A program made the translations under genes and the position numbers. Positions 35,753 through 49,582 of a stretch of 64,000 nucleotides of DNA are shown piece by piece. The notes beneath the pieces are model-generated. The model was not told the DNA's origin. It searched no databases and was given only the letters and a program-made list of their open reading frames with translations. Origin of the DNA: Amoebophrya sp. A120 (lineage: Eukaryota > Protista > Dinoflagellata); the NCBI GenBank assembly GCA_905178155.1, contig CAJINV010000001.1, positions 10,472,311-10,536,310 on the forward strand. The letters are read 5' to 3'. Each line of letters starts with the position of its first letter. The first letter of the stretch is position 1.

Positions 35753-38700
35753 ATGATGAAACGGTCTCGGAAAGGCGGTGACTGCGACTTGCGTCAACCA
35801 ACTGCGGCACCGAGCAAGTCAGACGACGCGCACTCTGGGAACGGAAAACAGGCTCTTAACAGGGTCGCTGCTCGAGATCGCAACTATAATGCCACCTCGG
35901 CTGTGACATCAACTACCGCTAGAGGTGCGGCAGCGCAGGCCAATGCACTGCCAGCGCGCCGAAAAAAAGACAAGGACCAGCGAGAAAAAAAGCCGGCACA
36001 GATACTAGAGCAGCCTGACTCGTCTCGGCCCGAAGTGCGGCGGGAACAGCCTGTTAATCGTGGTCAGCAGCGAAGAAATTCAGGTTCTCCGAACAAGCAG
36101 CCAGATAGGCGCAGACTTGCGAGATCAAAATCGGAAACGGGTCGCTCGTCTGCGTCGTCGGATGAAGACAAAAACTCGTCCCCCTCCCGTGGTCGACACC
36201 GACCGGGCGTTCACAGAGTGGAACAAGCAAGCGAGGCGCGCAGGGTCGTGGAGCATGTTGTTCGGGAAAAGGAAACGAAAGCTCGGCGGATTTCGCCCCC
36301 ACCCGCGCCAAACCGTGGTGCGTGTCAGGGGGATAGGAGAAGGAGCGCAGGAGGTACAGATGGTGTAGTAGATCTTCCTGTTCGTCGCGATGTGCAGAAA
36401 GATGCACATAAGATGAAGAACCGTCCGCCTCCGCGCAAGAGGTCTTCGCCAGATGCGAGAGAGACAAGAAACCGAGCGCCACCGAGGCGAACAAGGGCTG
36501 CTAGCAGGCCATCGTCAACATCGTCCTCAGCACCGGAAAGTAGCGATGCATCAATTGTTTCTCGGAAAAATAAGGCTCCTGCTACACGACGCAACGTGGT
36601 TCGCGAACGAAGAAAGATGAATCGCAGAAAAAGTAGAGACACTTCCTCGGCCTCGGAAGCTGAGTCTGACGATCCTGAAGCTCCGGCTGCAACTAAGAAC
36701 AGTAGGAGGATGGGAACAAAGGCGAAAGGTTTTCCGACGATGAAAGCGAGAAGAGCGTCGTCTATGGAGCACGAAGAGAACGAAAGGCATGCTAGAGCAC
36801 GACGTGGAAGCACACCAGAGCAAAAAAGCGAAAAGACTGGACGGAACCGCAACGCTCACAAAAAAAGAGACGCCGTCGAAGGCCGCGCCGGCGGCAGAAC
36901 GAAACGGTCTAGGTCTCCGAAGGCTGCTCCAGAGAAAAAAGTTCGCGGGCGCCGGTCTTGCATGGGGCGCGAGCGTAGCAGAAGCAGAACATTGAAGGAA
37001 ACGACCACACGACGGGCAGCAGAGAAGGTCTCGTCCGCAGTAGACAGGAATACAAGAAGAAACTCTAGGGCCTCGCAGGGCAGGCGACCAGATCCCAAGC
37101 AACAACGAAGGAAGCCGCGGCAACAAACATCATCGTCCTCGGAGAAGGAAGAGCGAAGGCCGCAAGCAGTTGTTCACAAGCAAAAAGAAAGACAGGCACA
37201 GGCTAAGCAGCAAAACAAAAAGGATGTGCATGTGCTAAAGCCAACAAAACATCAGAAAGGAAGAAGCCGAAAGCGTCCTGCAAGCTCATCTTCTGATCCC
37301 GAAAACCGGTCTTCCGCTTCGGAATCTGTTGGGGAAAGGAACAAAGCTAAAAAGCTGGAAAGGGATGTTGGAAAGAATGCTCCAACGAAACGCAGAGATG
37401 ACCCGGAGGTCCTGACGCGACGGCGGGCAGTCCGCCGCAGAAGTGACAGCAGTGTTGGCGCGAAGCAGCAGTCCCCCGAAGTGCGCCGTAAGTCTGCAAA
37501 TGACAAGAAGGCTGGGGTGTCGGCGAAAGCGCAAAATTTCGACAAAAAGCGCAGGCTTCTAAACCGAGATGACAGTCGTGCTGATTCAAAGTCTTCCTCG
37601 AGGAGCGCCGCTCCACATAAGAAAAGCGCAAAACCTTCCTCGCAGCAGGCGGCAAGGGCAATGAAAACCGCAGTACAAAGTGGGGAGATTTCAAAGCAAT
37701 CGAGAAAGCAATCCGAAGAGGTAGACGATGATGACGTACAACACGCGGACGGCCAGGAAACCTCAGGCGAAAAAAGAGCAAAGAAACGTAAGACGGCGAG
37801 CGCCCTTGGCACAGAGGAGAATGACGCGCATCAGACCGCTACCGCACCTAGTTCGGATCGTGACGAAGCAAGCAAAGAAATGAGTGAGGCAAGGAAAGCG
37901 CAAGCTCATCGGCTGGCAAGTGCGCCGACCACGGCTGGGAAAATGACTGCAAACGATAATCTGGAACACCCGGGCACCGATGTTAAGAAGGAGTACGAGC
38001 AAGGGACATCCGATCCTGCTTCTATTTCCAAAACCCGCGAGGTTTCCGAGGGCAACGCTGGTCCGGAGGAAGAAAGCAAGGCTAGATGTGCGGAAGCAAA
38101 AGCGCAACCTGATCAACATCGTGCTGCTGAAGGAAACCCGCCGCCGCCATCAGAGGTCGCTGCTTCTGGTGCAGACGTACCAGGCGAGGCGAATGCGCAA
38201 GCAACAGTTGCCGCTGCTGAAGCAGCTGTGCCTCCGGCCGAGGTCATGCCATCAACTTCTACTAGAGCTGCTGCCCCGAAGCGAGACAACACCTATTTCA
38301 ACACGCTTCGCGAGCGCCTTCTGGCCTCGCGTATGAATCGTGCCAAAGCTGCAGCGCCGGGTCCTGATACCCCCGCTTCGAGGGAGCAGGTAGAAATCGC
38401 CGACGCCGGCACAGCCGCGGCGGGCGGCCAACAAGAGCCAGAAAAAGATGCACAGTTGCGAGCACAGAGGTCCATCGAGATGGTAACTACAGAGGAGAGC
38501 GGAACCTTCGAGGAGAAGCGCGACATGAAATTCAGAAGCGCTGAACATCAAGCCACGTCAGATGAAAGAGTGATACCTTGCGCGACAAAGAGTCGCGAAA
38601 ACGCCGCTGCTGAACGGGGGAAGGAACAGGGGAAGACTGGTACACGACAAGGCAGAAAACGTGCGCGAAGCAAATCTTCGCAGGCAGGGGACGAGAGCTC

Positions 38701-41700
38701 TAGCAGTTCCTCTGACAGTTCTAAATCTAATTCATCTTCCTCCAGCGGATCTTCGTCTGTTGCTTCGGAACCACGCAAGCAGAAAGAAAACAGAAAGCGA
38801 AGATCGCACCTAGAGGAGAAGGACCGGCAGGCGGAGGCACGGAAAGTAGTGAAGCAGGTGGCAAAAAGAAAGTCGCAAGAGGGGTCGAACCAAGCAACCG
38901 CTGATGAGGAAAGGAATCCTAGTAGAAGAGTGCCCACCCCGTCAGTGTCGCACACTACTAGGAAAAATCTGAAGCAAGCTGCCAATCCGATCAAGAGCGG
39001 AGAAGACTCCAAGCGTCGCAAGATCAGAGACGAAGATAAGGCTGAACGTCATGAAAAAGACGGAGGTCCTTCGGTCGCGTCCGCGCGCAAAGGCCCGAAA
39101 AAGTCCGCCAATCGCTCGTCCTCCACCGCGAGAAATCAAGAAAGCAGGCCCGAGGAGGAAAAAGGTAAAGGAAGCGATAGCGACGTTATCTCTGAAGACG
39201 AAAATCGGAAGCACAACAAAAAACGCCGCTCTTCTGCGACAGCACTAAACAAAGAAGGTTCGCATCAGGCACAGGAACGAAAACATCAAGAAGCCGCTCG
39301 CAGTAACAAGGCAGCTGGAGAGAAATACGGGAGAAGGCAAGCAGCTGTGTCTGACAAGAAATCGGGTTTTGGGAAGTGTGACTCTGCCAGAGCTGTCGAT
39401 GCCGCTGGCAAAACCGGACAAGGTCGAAGCTGCAGCCGTAGCAGTAAGGCTCTTACTCGGAATCATGGCAACAGAAGGAGGTCCAGAAATCGCAGTAGAA
39501 GCCGAGGACACGGGTGCAAAAAAGCGGACGTCGAACGACCCCGACAACAAAGACGAAGCGTGGCAGGCGGCGACCGCAATGATCCGCACAAAACCAGAAA
39601 TGAGAGTCGTACTGCTGCTACGAGGCGTCAGGCGCAGCAGCGCCATAGTCGCGGGCGCGATGTGAAGCGGGATCATGCCCGTAGTACGAGGCGCAGTACC
39701 GACAAGAAGCAAGGAGAAACGGAGGACGATAGGGGTCACCGAACGACACATGATAACACTGAAAGGCCGACCCAAAACACCAGAACTACAAGGGGAAAGT
39801 GGGATCAGAAGCCGGATGAGGCACAACATGGATCGCAGTCGCCGGCCCCTGCTCGCCTTCGCGTTCCCACTCCCAGACCAGACCCGGAGCGCTACGAAGA
39901 TGCAGAGGTCAAGAAAGGGCCAAAGAACGCATTGTTTACTTCCAATCCGATTTTTCGAGTGAAGTCTATCGATGCCCACTCTCTGCTGCAGAAGCAGCAG
40001 GCCAAAAATCACAACGCGGCGGATTCGTCGCAGCAGCCGTCGCATCAAGGCGGCTTTGTGGAGAAGCAGAACCAGAACCACGATCGAGTTCGAGGTCGTG
40101 GAGATAAAAATACCGGCGGGCCGCGCCGTTCCAACCAGCGTTCTTCTGCTTCGCGGAACTCGTCTGACGACAGTCACCACGACCAGAGCAAATCTGACCG
40201 ACGGAAGCGAAGTAAGAGCTCGTCCTCGCAAGGTGATGTGCCGCCCGTGATGCGGGGGCCCGGCGCGCGGGATTGCCACCTGCAGCAACGCACCATTCGT
40301 GTCGGGGCGAGTAGCGTCGCTGGGGACGACAAAAATGCCAGCGAGCAACGGCCGCCAGTGGTGGTCGAGATCAAGTCTAATCGGCCTATCGCATCAAAGT
40401 CCTCTGTGTCTACGTCTGCCGCACTGAAAAGTGAAGCGGATCTTCATCTTTTAGACGGTATCACCAGTGCAAACTCCCTCAACCGGAGTCAGAAGCAGCT
40501 CATGTTGCGAGAGCAAGCTTCCCACATGCAGCAGCAGAAAAACAGTTTGCACTCGTTGGGGGACCGGCCAGTTTTGAAGAAATCAGGTCTGTTCGAAGTC
40601 GCTGGCGGCCTGGAAAGTTTAGTACCCAGTAGCAGGTAAACGGAAAAGCAGCTCAGGATTTGTCGATCATTTTAGCTGCAGGCCTACGTCAGGTCAAGGC
40701 GAAGAGTTGATGTCCACTTCCAATTTTTTTCACACCCTTATAGAAGTCAAAACATCCAATGATGAAAAAGCTGAAGATGTATCGAACGACTTCACAGGCC
40801 CCACGTTGCTCCTTCGATTGATCATGCCGAAGTCGCTCACAACAGCGTCGGTCTTGTGAACAACCAAGGCCACGACGACCTGATCCACGTTCCCTGTGGC
40901 ATTCCTTTTATCGACGTGCGCATCCCGCTGGGGGCAAGAGCTTTCGCCATGGACCTTCTCTCTTCCCACGTGTGCTCCTGGCGCCGCGCATTCGAGAAGC
41001 AGACCCACTGCAGGTGCTTTTTAGACGCAACAGGTACGTCCGTCGTGATTGAAGCCCGCACAGCGAATGCGGACCTGGAAAAGTGGCAAAAGAAGGTGGC
41101 AGACATTCTGTTGCTTGACGTGAAAGAGCAACAGGGGTTGGTGATTGGCCATCCACCGGATTTTCAAAAAGTGAGAAGACGCAGCCTCGACCTCGGACAG
41201 GTACACAGCGGGAGCGGAACTTTGCAAGATCGCATCCGGTTGTCGGAACAAATGGTAAGCTTTTTGCGAACGCCGGAAAATGCCAAAATTGTCGAAGACC
41301 AATGCAGAGTGACACTTCATTGCGACCCTAAGAAGGACGACGTCTGCATCGTGGGCTCTGACGACCAGCGAGAAGCCGCACAAGCAACCCTGAAGCGCGT
41401 TGCGATTCAGGCACAGTGGGGCAGCTCGGAGCTCCGGCTGCAGCAGTTGCTCGTGCCAGCGTCTGAGCTGGTGACGAAAGATGGGTACGTCTTGCGTTTA
41501 TCTCCCATGACGGGAAAATTGCCGTTTTACAGCGGAACTTTGTCGATAGCGAAGCCCAAAATTTCCATCGGAAAGCACAGCAACGCGAAAACCTCCAGTT
41601 CTTCCCACGACAGTGAATCTGGTATCGATGTGTGCATTCCGGACGACGTGACGTCAGTGTCCCGAAACCACTGCGCGATCGAGTTTGACTTCAAAAAGGG

Positions 41701-41911
41701 AGGCGTTTACTTGATCGATTCCTCAACTAACGGAACTTATCTCAACGGGAAGCGCGCGCCGGAAAAAAAGCGGATCGCGCTCTGCCACGGCGACGAACTC
41801 TGTTTCAAAAACGCAGAGCAGTCTCAGAATGTCGACTCTTTGCAAGACATTAACTCATCTTTCAAGGACAATGAGTTTGGCTATATCGTCAATCTAGTAG
41901 CGACCTCTTAA
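35753..41911 (+). CDS. Large R/S/K-rich protein with C-terminal KH-like and FHA domains
   Basis: A 1628-aa low-complexity ORF joins ORF 40856-41911 through a phase-2 GT-AG intron at 40636-40797. FHA motifs ISIGK, VSRNHC, LIDSSTNGTYLNG and HGDEL; KH-like segment IVEDQCRVTLHC...VCIVGSDDQREAAQATL. Confidence 0.72.
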
Positions 41912-42438
41912 ACCGAAAGCTTCGAATGAACGACTGAAGTGATCTTCAATGAAAAAATGTTCAGATGAACACTCAGAGTTTCTAGGAAAGTACCAGGACG
42001 AAAGTAAGTAGACGAAGTATGCGCATTCTGGGCCCGTTTGACACGACAATAAACATCGACGCGCAGTCTCCGTAGTGCAAGCTCTGCCTTGTACCTGCCG
42101 GACAGTTGCAGACATTGCGTTCGATTTTCATTTTTCTTCAATGCCGACAAGATAGAAATGCGAATAACCGAGACGAAGGTGGAGCGATTTTCAGATAACA
42201 ACGAATAGTTGTCGTCTTGCAGTGAAAATACCTTTCACTGGCAGTTTGACGAGTTTGTGTTGGTGTCTTCTTGTCGCCGTGCTTTTGTTTGCTGTCTCAT
42301 TGACCGTCTGGTGGTATCCTCTCTTCATGGTCATAGATCGTCGATATTTGTTGCAGTTGCGAAGTTGACAAGAATCGTCACTCTTGGTACTTGATCTTGA
42401 CAACAAGCAAAGAGTCGCCCCTGTGTTATTTTTCAAAA

Positions 42439-45400
42439 ATGGCTGAGCCACCTGCAGACCCCATGATGGAAGAGGAGAGCCCAGCACCAGCAGTGGATAA
42501 ACATGAATCCGCGCCTGATGTGGTAGCAAATGCAAAAGGGGACGACCACGACGTAGTGGTGACGCCGAATCCTGCTGCCGTTTTGCGGTCACATTTGCTG
42601 GCCAATGGCGCAGAGAAACTCACGGAGTACGTCTGCGAGACCTTTCCGGAACCGAGTTCCTGCTGGTGGCTGTCTTGCATTGTCGGGACGCGGACGTTTG
42701 AAGAATCGATACTGGAGGACGAGACGACTGTGCTGTCCCTGGACGCGCTCGGGGTTAGCGACGACACCATTCTTACGGAGCAGGAGAAGGAGTCGAAGCT
42801 TCTGCAAAAAATCCGATACCTGCTGCTTAAGGACTCGGTGTCCACGACGGTAAGCGTAAGCGGAACAAGGCATGAAAATTATTTTCGTTTCCGCGCCATG
42901 CATTTTATTTTTCCATTTCAATTTCTACTTTGTGCAAAGAGACAAACATCATGATAAGTACATAGATAAGTACATTCATAAGTACTTATTAACCTACCTG
43001 CAAAGGTCCAGCACGGCTTTCGTGTGAGTGGTCTGGAGGCGCCGCGCGGCAGTTTTCGCGAGAAGTACTGGCCGCTGATGATTCTGAAGAAGTCCCACGC
43101 AGTCGACGCCTTTTTCACTGTTTTTCTCCGCCCCTGCATCCAGCACGACGAGGAAAAGCGGTTGTGTGTCGTGAGAAAAATCGTGGAAAAATTGAACGAC
43201 TTCTACACTGCACTAACCGCATCCGCCGAGGCTTTGAGCACGCTGGAAATTTTGAACTCCAGTGTTGTTATAACAGTGAAGGACCCCTGCAGCAGCCCGT
43301 TTAAAGATGAAAAAGCAACCGTCCTCGAAGCTTCCGCTCCCGAAAACGAGCCGGAGGTGTCGGTGAAATGGGTTTTGCTTCCGCCGCCCGAAGAACAAGT
43401 AGTTCTTTCAACAGCAACTTCACCTCCAGAGGTGGAGGACGGCGGGACCACCACAGCCGCGGAGAAAACTTCTTCCTCCAAAGAGGAAGTGGAACAAAAG
43501 CCAGCAGTTTCCCCACCTCCGCCGTCCTTATGCAAGAAAAAAAGGTTGTTAGTGTAAATTTGTGATGCACAACATGCAAATTGCTTGAGCCTGTCATGCT
43601 TGGCATGCATCTAAGGGTCCATTCAGCGGCGTTTTCCCGTACTATCTGCGCATGACAGGTTTTTGCTGTCATGCGGGAGATATTTGTCATGCTAATCCTC
43701 CAACAAAGTTACACCTACAATCTTTTTTTCCTGGATAGTCCTGTGCGATCGTGAACTATCACCCGGATTTGAAGCTGACGCACAAGCAAATGTGGCGGGA
43801 CGGGAATTCCGAGGACGGATTCGTCTTCGGTGTGCGCACGATCCGGGAGTGCTGGTCGTCCGTGCTGACCAAGCTCGATACGAAGTGGAAAGAGAAGCAA
43901 AGACGGTTAGAATTGAGAAGCAAAGCGGAGCAAAAGGCAGAAGCTGTCGCTGCAAGAAGTGCAGGTGGAGCTGCCACTGGAGTAGAACAAGAAGTATCAG
44001 CACAGGCTGGAGAGAACGAGGATGAAAAAATTGTCAAAGACGAAGAAAAGGACCTGGACTTCCTAGAGGCGGAAGGGGCTGTTATAGCGTCAAATTTGAG
44101 TTCTCCAGTGGAGCAAGCAGACGAGTTCTACGGCGACGAAGCTGCCGGGGACGTATTTGTCTCCGGAAACAACTTATTGGAGGAGAAAATGCGGGTCTAT
44201 GAGACCGATGTGTACTTCACAACGGCGACTGCGGCAGCGGTGTCCCCAAGCGGGTTGGAAGCAGCTTCCCCCGCAACGTCAGATGAAGATGCGAAAGAAG
44301 TAGGTTCGGCGACGAAACAGGATGGCGACGCTGGGAATAAAGCAGAGGCACTTGCAAGTAAGTTGTTTGTGGAAGTAGATCTTCCAGCTTCGGACGACAA
44401 AAAGGTCATGAAACTAGTGTCAGTTGGGAACTCTGACGAAGTGTTTACGTCGCAAGAGCCTGCAGCTTCGGGTGTGGTCGATGCTGTTGGTGAAACATCA
44501 GGTGCATTTTTGTTTTTCTAGTCAGTACCGAAGAAGCTTGCGCCATATTGTTTTTCTAGTCATTTGGTGTATAAACTCGTTTGAATCTTCCGCAGCTGCA
44601 TGCGTCACAGTTTGTTGCAGCTCACATTTAAAAATTTTACCAGCACAAAGCCTGAGTTTCTAAAATCACATCATCCTGCTCACCTCTTTTCAGCCCCTAC
44701 TGGTGAGAGGAAAGACTCGTCCCCGGAGCGCCGCGCTAGTTTGACTGCGGAATACCTGCGACAGACCTTCGAAGACCCGATTGGCCGCCCGATTTCCGAG
44801 TTGGCGTCCGAGTGGAGTTTCACGGAGTCCCGGGTAGCCATGCACAGCAGCCGGCCGAAGGACCGGGAAAGCATGCGGGCGTATTTGTTGCGCGTGAACA
44901 TGGAAAAACTGATGTTCTCCTCCGCGTCCGCCTACGCGCAAAGCCACCGCGACCCCCTAGACGACTTCGAAGAACTGATTTCCGAGGCCACGCCCGCGGC
45001 GGGATTTCGAAACACAGGGAACAATGCCCTCGGCTTGGAGAAAATTGTCGAGGTGGAGGAGGGATCTCCGCTGAGGGAATTACAGCAGGAAAAGGAAGTA
45101 GAGCAAGGAGAAAATCTCCTTGCAGACGACCAGCCGAAGCAAGCTGCTAGTAGCAGCAGCACGGCAGCGAAACTGGCCAACATGGTGAGCTTGAGCAGCA
45201 ACGAGTCTGTCATTCACACGCTTTCTTCTAAAGAAGACGCCCCGCCGCCGGTGAAGCAAACGACCGCTAGATCCTCGAGACGGGTGACACGGAAAGTCGA
45301 TTGGACGAAGCACTTAATGCTCAGTACTTTTATATGTCTGGCTTGTGGTCGTTCTTATTCTTTGTTGACTTCAGAATCTATCAGAACATGTAGTATGTCC

Positions 45401-48103
45401 TCTCGACTCGCATATCATGTGTGCTGTCCGCACTGTATCCTCCTCCCATCATCACCAGGTACGGAACTTCTTCCCAACCTCGTTCCGAAGAACCTTGAGG
45501 ATTTCCGGACGAAGACAAAAGTCGCCAAGATCGAGCCGAAGGAGGTGGATGCGAGGCCCCTCCTCGAACTGGCGAACAGCGGCAAGGCCAAGCTGACCTT
45601 CAACAGCTCCGAGTTCAACGAAAAATCCAAGAAGCTGGCCGCGGAGCGCGCCGCCTTGCTCCAGGGCCGGCGCGCGAGCGTCTGTGGCGCCGGCGCGGGC
45701 ACGTTGATCCTCTCCCGAGGACCGGCATCGATGATGAGCAACCCTCGCCTGCAGCAGCAACCGATGTCGGCCATCGACGAGGGCGACGACCAGGCGTCGG
45801 AGAAGACTTCCCCGATGAGTCCGTTGAAGAACAAGGCCGAAGAGTTGTCCGAGCCGCCGACCGTGCTCGTGAAGCAGGGCGGCGCTGTTGACTCGTTAGT
45901 GGTGGACGCGGTGGACAGTACGAACGGCATGATGATCCAAGGAGCAGAATCCGGTAGTAGTTGTACCAGTCCGGACGGAAAGCGGCAGTTCATGCGAGCG
46001 TCCCCTTCCTTCCACGATGTGTCCTCCAGCTCCTCGTCCGCGGCCGGGGATGAGGACGGCGCTTCGGATCAAAAACCTCCAAATGCAGGCGGGCGGAAAA
46101 AGCTTCCAAATAAAGCCGCTTCTGCCACGTCCTCGGCACGGGGAGCTGCAACAGGAGCGGTTCTGAAGAATCCGAACGTCGCCTCACTGTTCAAAATTCC
46201 GCTCAATGTCACCATGAGCCAGAAGCTGCTGCACGTGGACACACACGCACTGCAGTTGAACTACGCTCCGCGCACTTCGTACCAGAAGACCGGCGTGCTC
46301 ACGCTACGTCACAGTCCGCCGAAGGGCACGAATCCAAAGCGGGTCTCCGGGACCAAGCCGGGCATCAACCTCTCCGAGCTGCGCTTAATGAACCCTGCGG
46401 CTTTGCTCAAAACGGCTGCAGGGCCTGAGAAAAAGACCATCAAGGCTCCTCTACTTGGCGGTGTGAAGATTCAGCCGAAAGTCAGTGGAGCATTGCCATT
46501 GGACCCGGTCGTGCGAAATAGCAGTAAAGCGTCCTCGGATGCTGGTACCGTTCCGGTCGTCGACGAGAACGGGCAGAAGGTGCACAAGCATTCGGACCTG
46601 GTACAGGACTTGATGAATGTTGAGCCGGCGACTGAGCAAGAAGGTGCAACTTGTGGTCCTGGGGAAGGGAAAGATGAAAAGAAAAGTACGACGCCGAAAG
46701 ATGCTAACGCTGCTGAAAAAGAAAACAAAAACGTGGATGCCACTGCCACGTCGTCGTGGCAGAAAGAGCGGATCGCTGTTCTGCACAGCGCGGATACACC
46801 ATCAGTCTCAGTCCAGGAAATAGAGCCCGCGGATCCGAACAACGGAGAGACGCTGCCAGCTCCTGCAAAGAAGTTACCGAACAAAATGAAGTCCCCGAAC
46901 GCGACCCAAATCCCGAAACTGAAAATCCCGCCGCAGGGCTCACCGGTCTTCCTCGTCAACCAGAACGTCGACGAAGACGCGAGCGCCACTTCGCACTCTG
47001 AAGATATCAAATCCAGCGAGGCGGATGAAACGAACGTGACCTCAAAAATCAAAAAACCAAAAGCCGCCGTCGTTCCCCCAGCAGCACCGCAGAACGCGAA
47101 CATCCAGGCTTTACTGCAGCAACGCAATATGGAGTGTCTGAGCCAGCTGACACAGAAATCCGTCGGAAATTTGCAAGAGCTGCGTCGGCACAGCGTTTCG
47201 CTGGTGATGCACAGGGCCGCCACGGAAATGAAAAAGCGGAATTCGGGCTCGAATTCGAACCGTACCTCCCTGGCGTCGGTCGCAGAAGCGACCTCCGCGA
47301 ACACCACAACGATCAAAGCGACCAGGGCGGTCGCTTCTGGTGGCGGCCCGTCGGCCGGCACTCGCCGCATGCCGGTTAACTTGGTCACTCCTGGCCTCAG
47401 CGGAATCGTGCCTCCGCAACTCGGCAGCAGTAAAACCATGCTCGTCCAGAGCTTCAGCACGTCGAAGATTTCGACAACCACCGCGGAGGAGTCATCTGCG
47501 CGGAGTGAGAAAAAACCAGAACAAGTGACAGTGATTCCTACCAGCAGCCCGGTGCTGTTGCAGCAACCGCAGCTGCCCACAGTTCCAGGATTTTCTGGAT
47601 CTAAATCACCGATGTTCAATCGCACTACGCCACTGATTTCGCCCGTCGCCCCATTATCGTCTCCGCGTGTGAACGTCGTTGCAGGACCTGGAGCAGCCTC
47701 TTTTTTGTCGCCAAAGATGTCAAAGTCGCCAGTCGTCGGGACGCAATCAGGTTTGACGACCTCTGCGGCGAGCTGCCGCGCTGAGCAATTTGTGCAGGCG
47801 GACAGCCAAAGCAGCACCGGTTCCGGCAAAACGCCGGTTTCGGTCACCGCGACCGCGCGACCAGTTCCGATGACTTTGACAACGTCGAAAGGAGCGACCT
47901 CCCCGTTCTACGCTACTGGCAGTCCGTCACTGGTAAAAAGCGCCAGTACGCTGAAAGCCTCGCCTACCTTTATCCAAGCACCAAAAGTCGGAATTTTCAA
48001 TCCGCCGCAGCGGGGAAGCAGTAGTAGCTCGGGCGCATCAAATCCGATTGTTCCAGTGACGGCAAGTAAAGCTGTACAAGAGCCTGTTGAGAAAGCTGCG
48101 TAG
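42439..48103 (+). CDS. Large hypothetical, mostly low-complexity protein, multi-exon
   Basis: Frame-consistent GT-AG introns at 42850-43005 and 44502-44693, introner J, and a possible in-frame intron at 45324-45458. Confidence 0.7.
43529..43737. mobile_element. Introner J (distinct TIR family)
   Basis: Left TATGCAAGAAAAAAAGGTTGTTAGTGTAAATTTGT; right reverse complement TATCCAGGAAAAAAAGATTGTAGGTGTAACTTTGT (29/35). TSD GTCCT. Removing 214 nt links ORFs 43024 and 43751. Confidence 0.9.
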
Positions 48104-48961
48104 AAGTATGTCTTTTTGAAGTGGTTTTTTGCTGTGCCTGGGTCAACATAATGCATGAGTTGCTTGCGGGGCCGACAAAGATTATCGGTTGTGAGCCAAG
48201 TGATAGGGAAGCTACTTCACGTCAAGTGTAGTACCGGAGCCGTGTAAAAATCATTTTTCCAGGTTTTGAAATTGAGATTTCTTCCGTAGTTGTTCGCCGG
48301 GCTCGAAGTACTTGGAACTAGTATTCTTCTTGTGAAGATCATACGCATTTTTCGCCAACATGACTGACAGAATGTGAATGATCTTTCTACAGTACTTACG
48401 TCACAGCGGTTGCTTTACCCTATAATCAGCATCCTGAATCTATTGATCGCGATGGAAATACGAAGTAAGATGAAAGACGATTTGGATGTGTTACATGAAG
48501 AGCTTTTTCGACATGTGGAAAGCAGGGAAACCATGCGCTCGCAAATTGAACCATGTCATCATGACAATCAAGAGACGGGTCTCGTTCCTAGACTAAGAAT
48601 TTGAACTTTACTCCACCAGGGTGTTCTAGGAAGCAGTGCCGATCAGATGTAGATGGCCGTGGATCAGAACCATAGTAAAATCCAGAATGTTTGTTGATCT
48701 TATGTCTTTCCATCGCAAGCCAAAAGCTAAAGCAATCCCACCAATGCAGGCAACCCAACAACCAATTTCTTCCGTTTAGTCTTAGTGTTAGTGTTGAATG
48801 AAAAATAAGAACCACATAAGTACCTACCCATCTTTTCAGTATCACCCAGTAGTCCTCGAGGAATTATGTCCCAAGGAGGAGAATCAGAATCGCACGCAGC
48901 CTACTAACTCTCCTACATTTCATCTTCACACTACGACCCGTATTTGAATTATTAAAAAGCC

Positions 48962-49582
48962 ATGGCCTCCCTTTACAAGGAAATTATGCCGGCGAAGGCC
49001 GTCTACTGGGACCGAAAATCCGGGCTTTCCCTCGATCAGTGGAAGAAACAACTGGAAGTCTCCACGACGATTTATGTCGGGAACCTTTCCTTTTGGACGC
49101 AGGAAGAGCAGATTTGGGAACTCTTTTCCAAATGTGGCAATCTCGTCGCCCTCACCATGGGCCTGAATAAGTTTAAGAAACAGCCGTGTGGGTTCTGCTT
49201 CGTCCAGTACAGGACACATGAAGAGGCCGTCCGAGCCGTTCACGTGTTGAAGAACGCAAAACTCGACGGCAGGTCACTGACCGTCGACTTGGACGCTGTA
49301 GGTGTGACCGACGGGCGACAATACGGCAGAGGGGAGACCGGCGGGCAATGGCGAGACGACATGCGGAAAGGCTTTGACGCGCAGCGGGGTGGGGACGGGA
49401 AGGATTTGTTGAAGAAGGTCAACGGAACTGACGGCTGTATTTACACCGGGAAGAACTTCCACCGAGAAAACGCAGACGAGGACAAAACGAAAAAGAAGAA
49501 GGACGGCGACAAAAAAGATAAGAAAAAAAGACACAAAACCGACGACAAGGGGGAGAAGAAAGCAAAGCGACAGAAGACCTGA
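48962..49582 (+). CDS. NCBP2: Nuclear cap-binding protein subunit 2 (CBP20)
   Basis: RRM with STTIYVGNLSF.T.EEQI.ELFSKCG, MGL.K.KK.PCGFCFV.Y and GRQYGRG..GGQ.RD, which are CBP20 hallmarks. Confidence 0.95.
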   Translation: MASLYKEIMPAKAVYWDRKSGLSLDQWKKQLEVSTTIYVGNLSFWTQEEQIWELFSKCGNLVALTMGLNKFKKQPCGFCFVQYRTHEEAVRAVHVLKNAKLDGRSLTVDLDAVGVTDGRQYGRGETGGQWRDDMRKGFDAQRGGDGKDLLKKVNGTDGCIYTGKNFHRENADEDKTKKKKDGDKKDKKKRHKTDDKGEKKAKRQKT

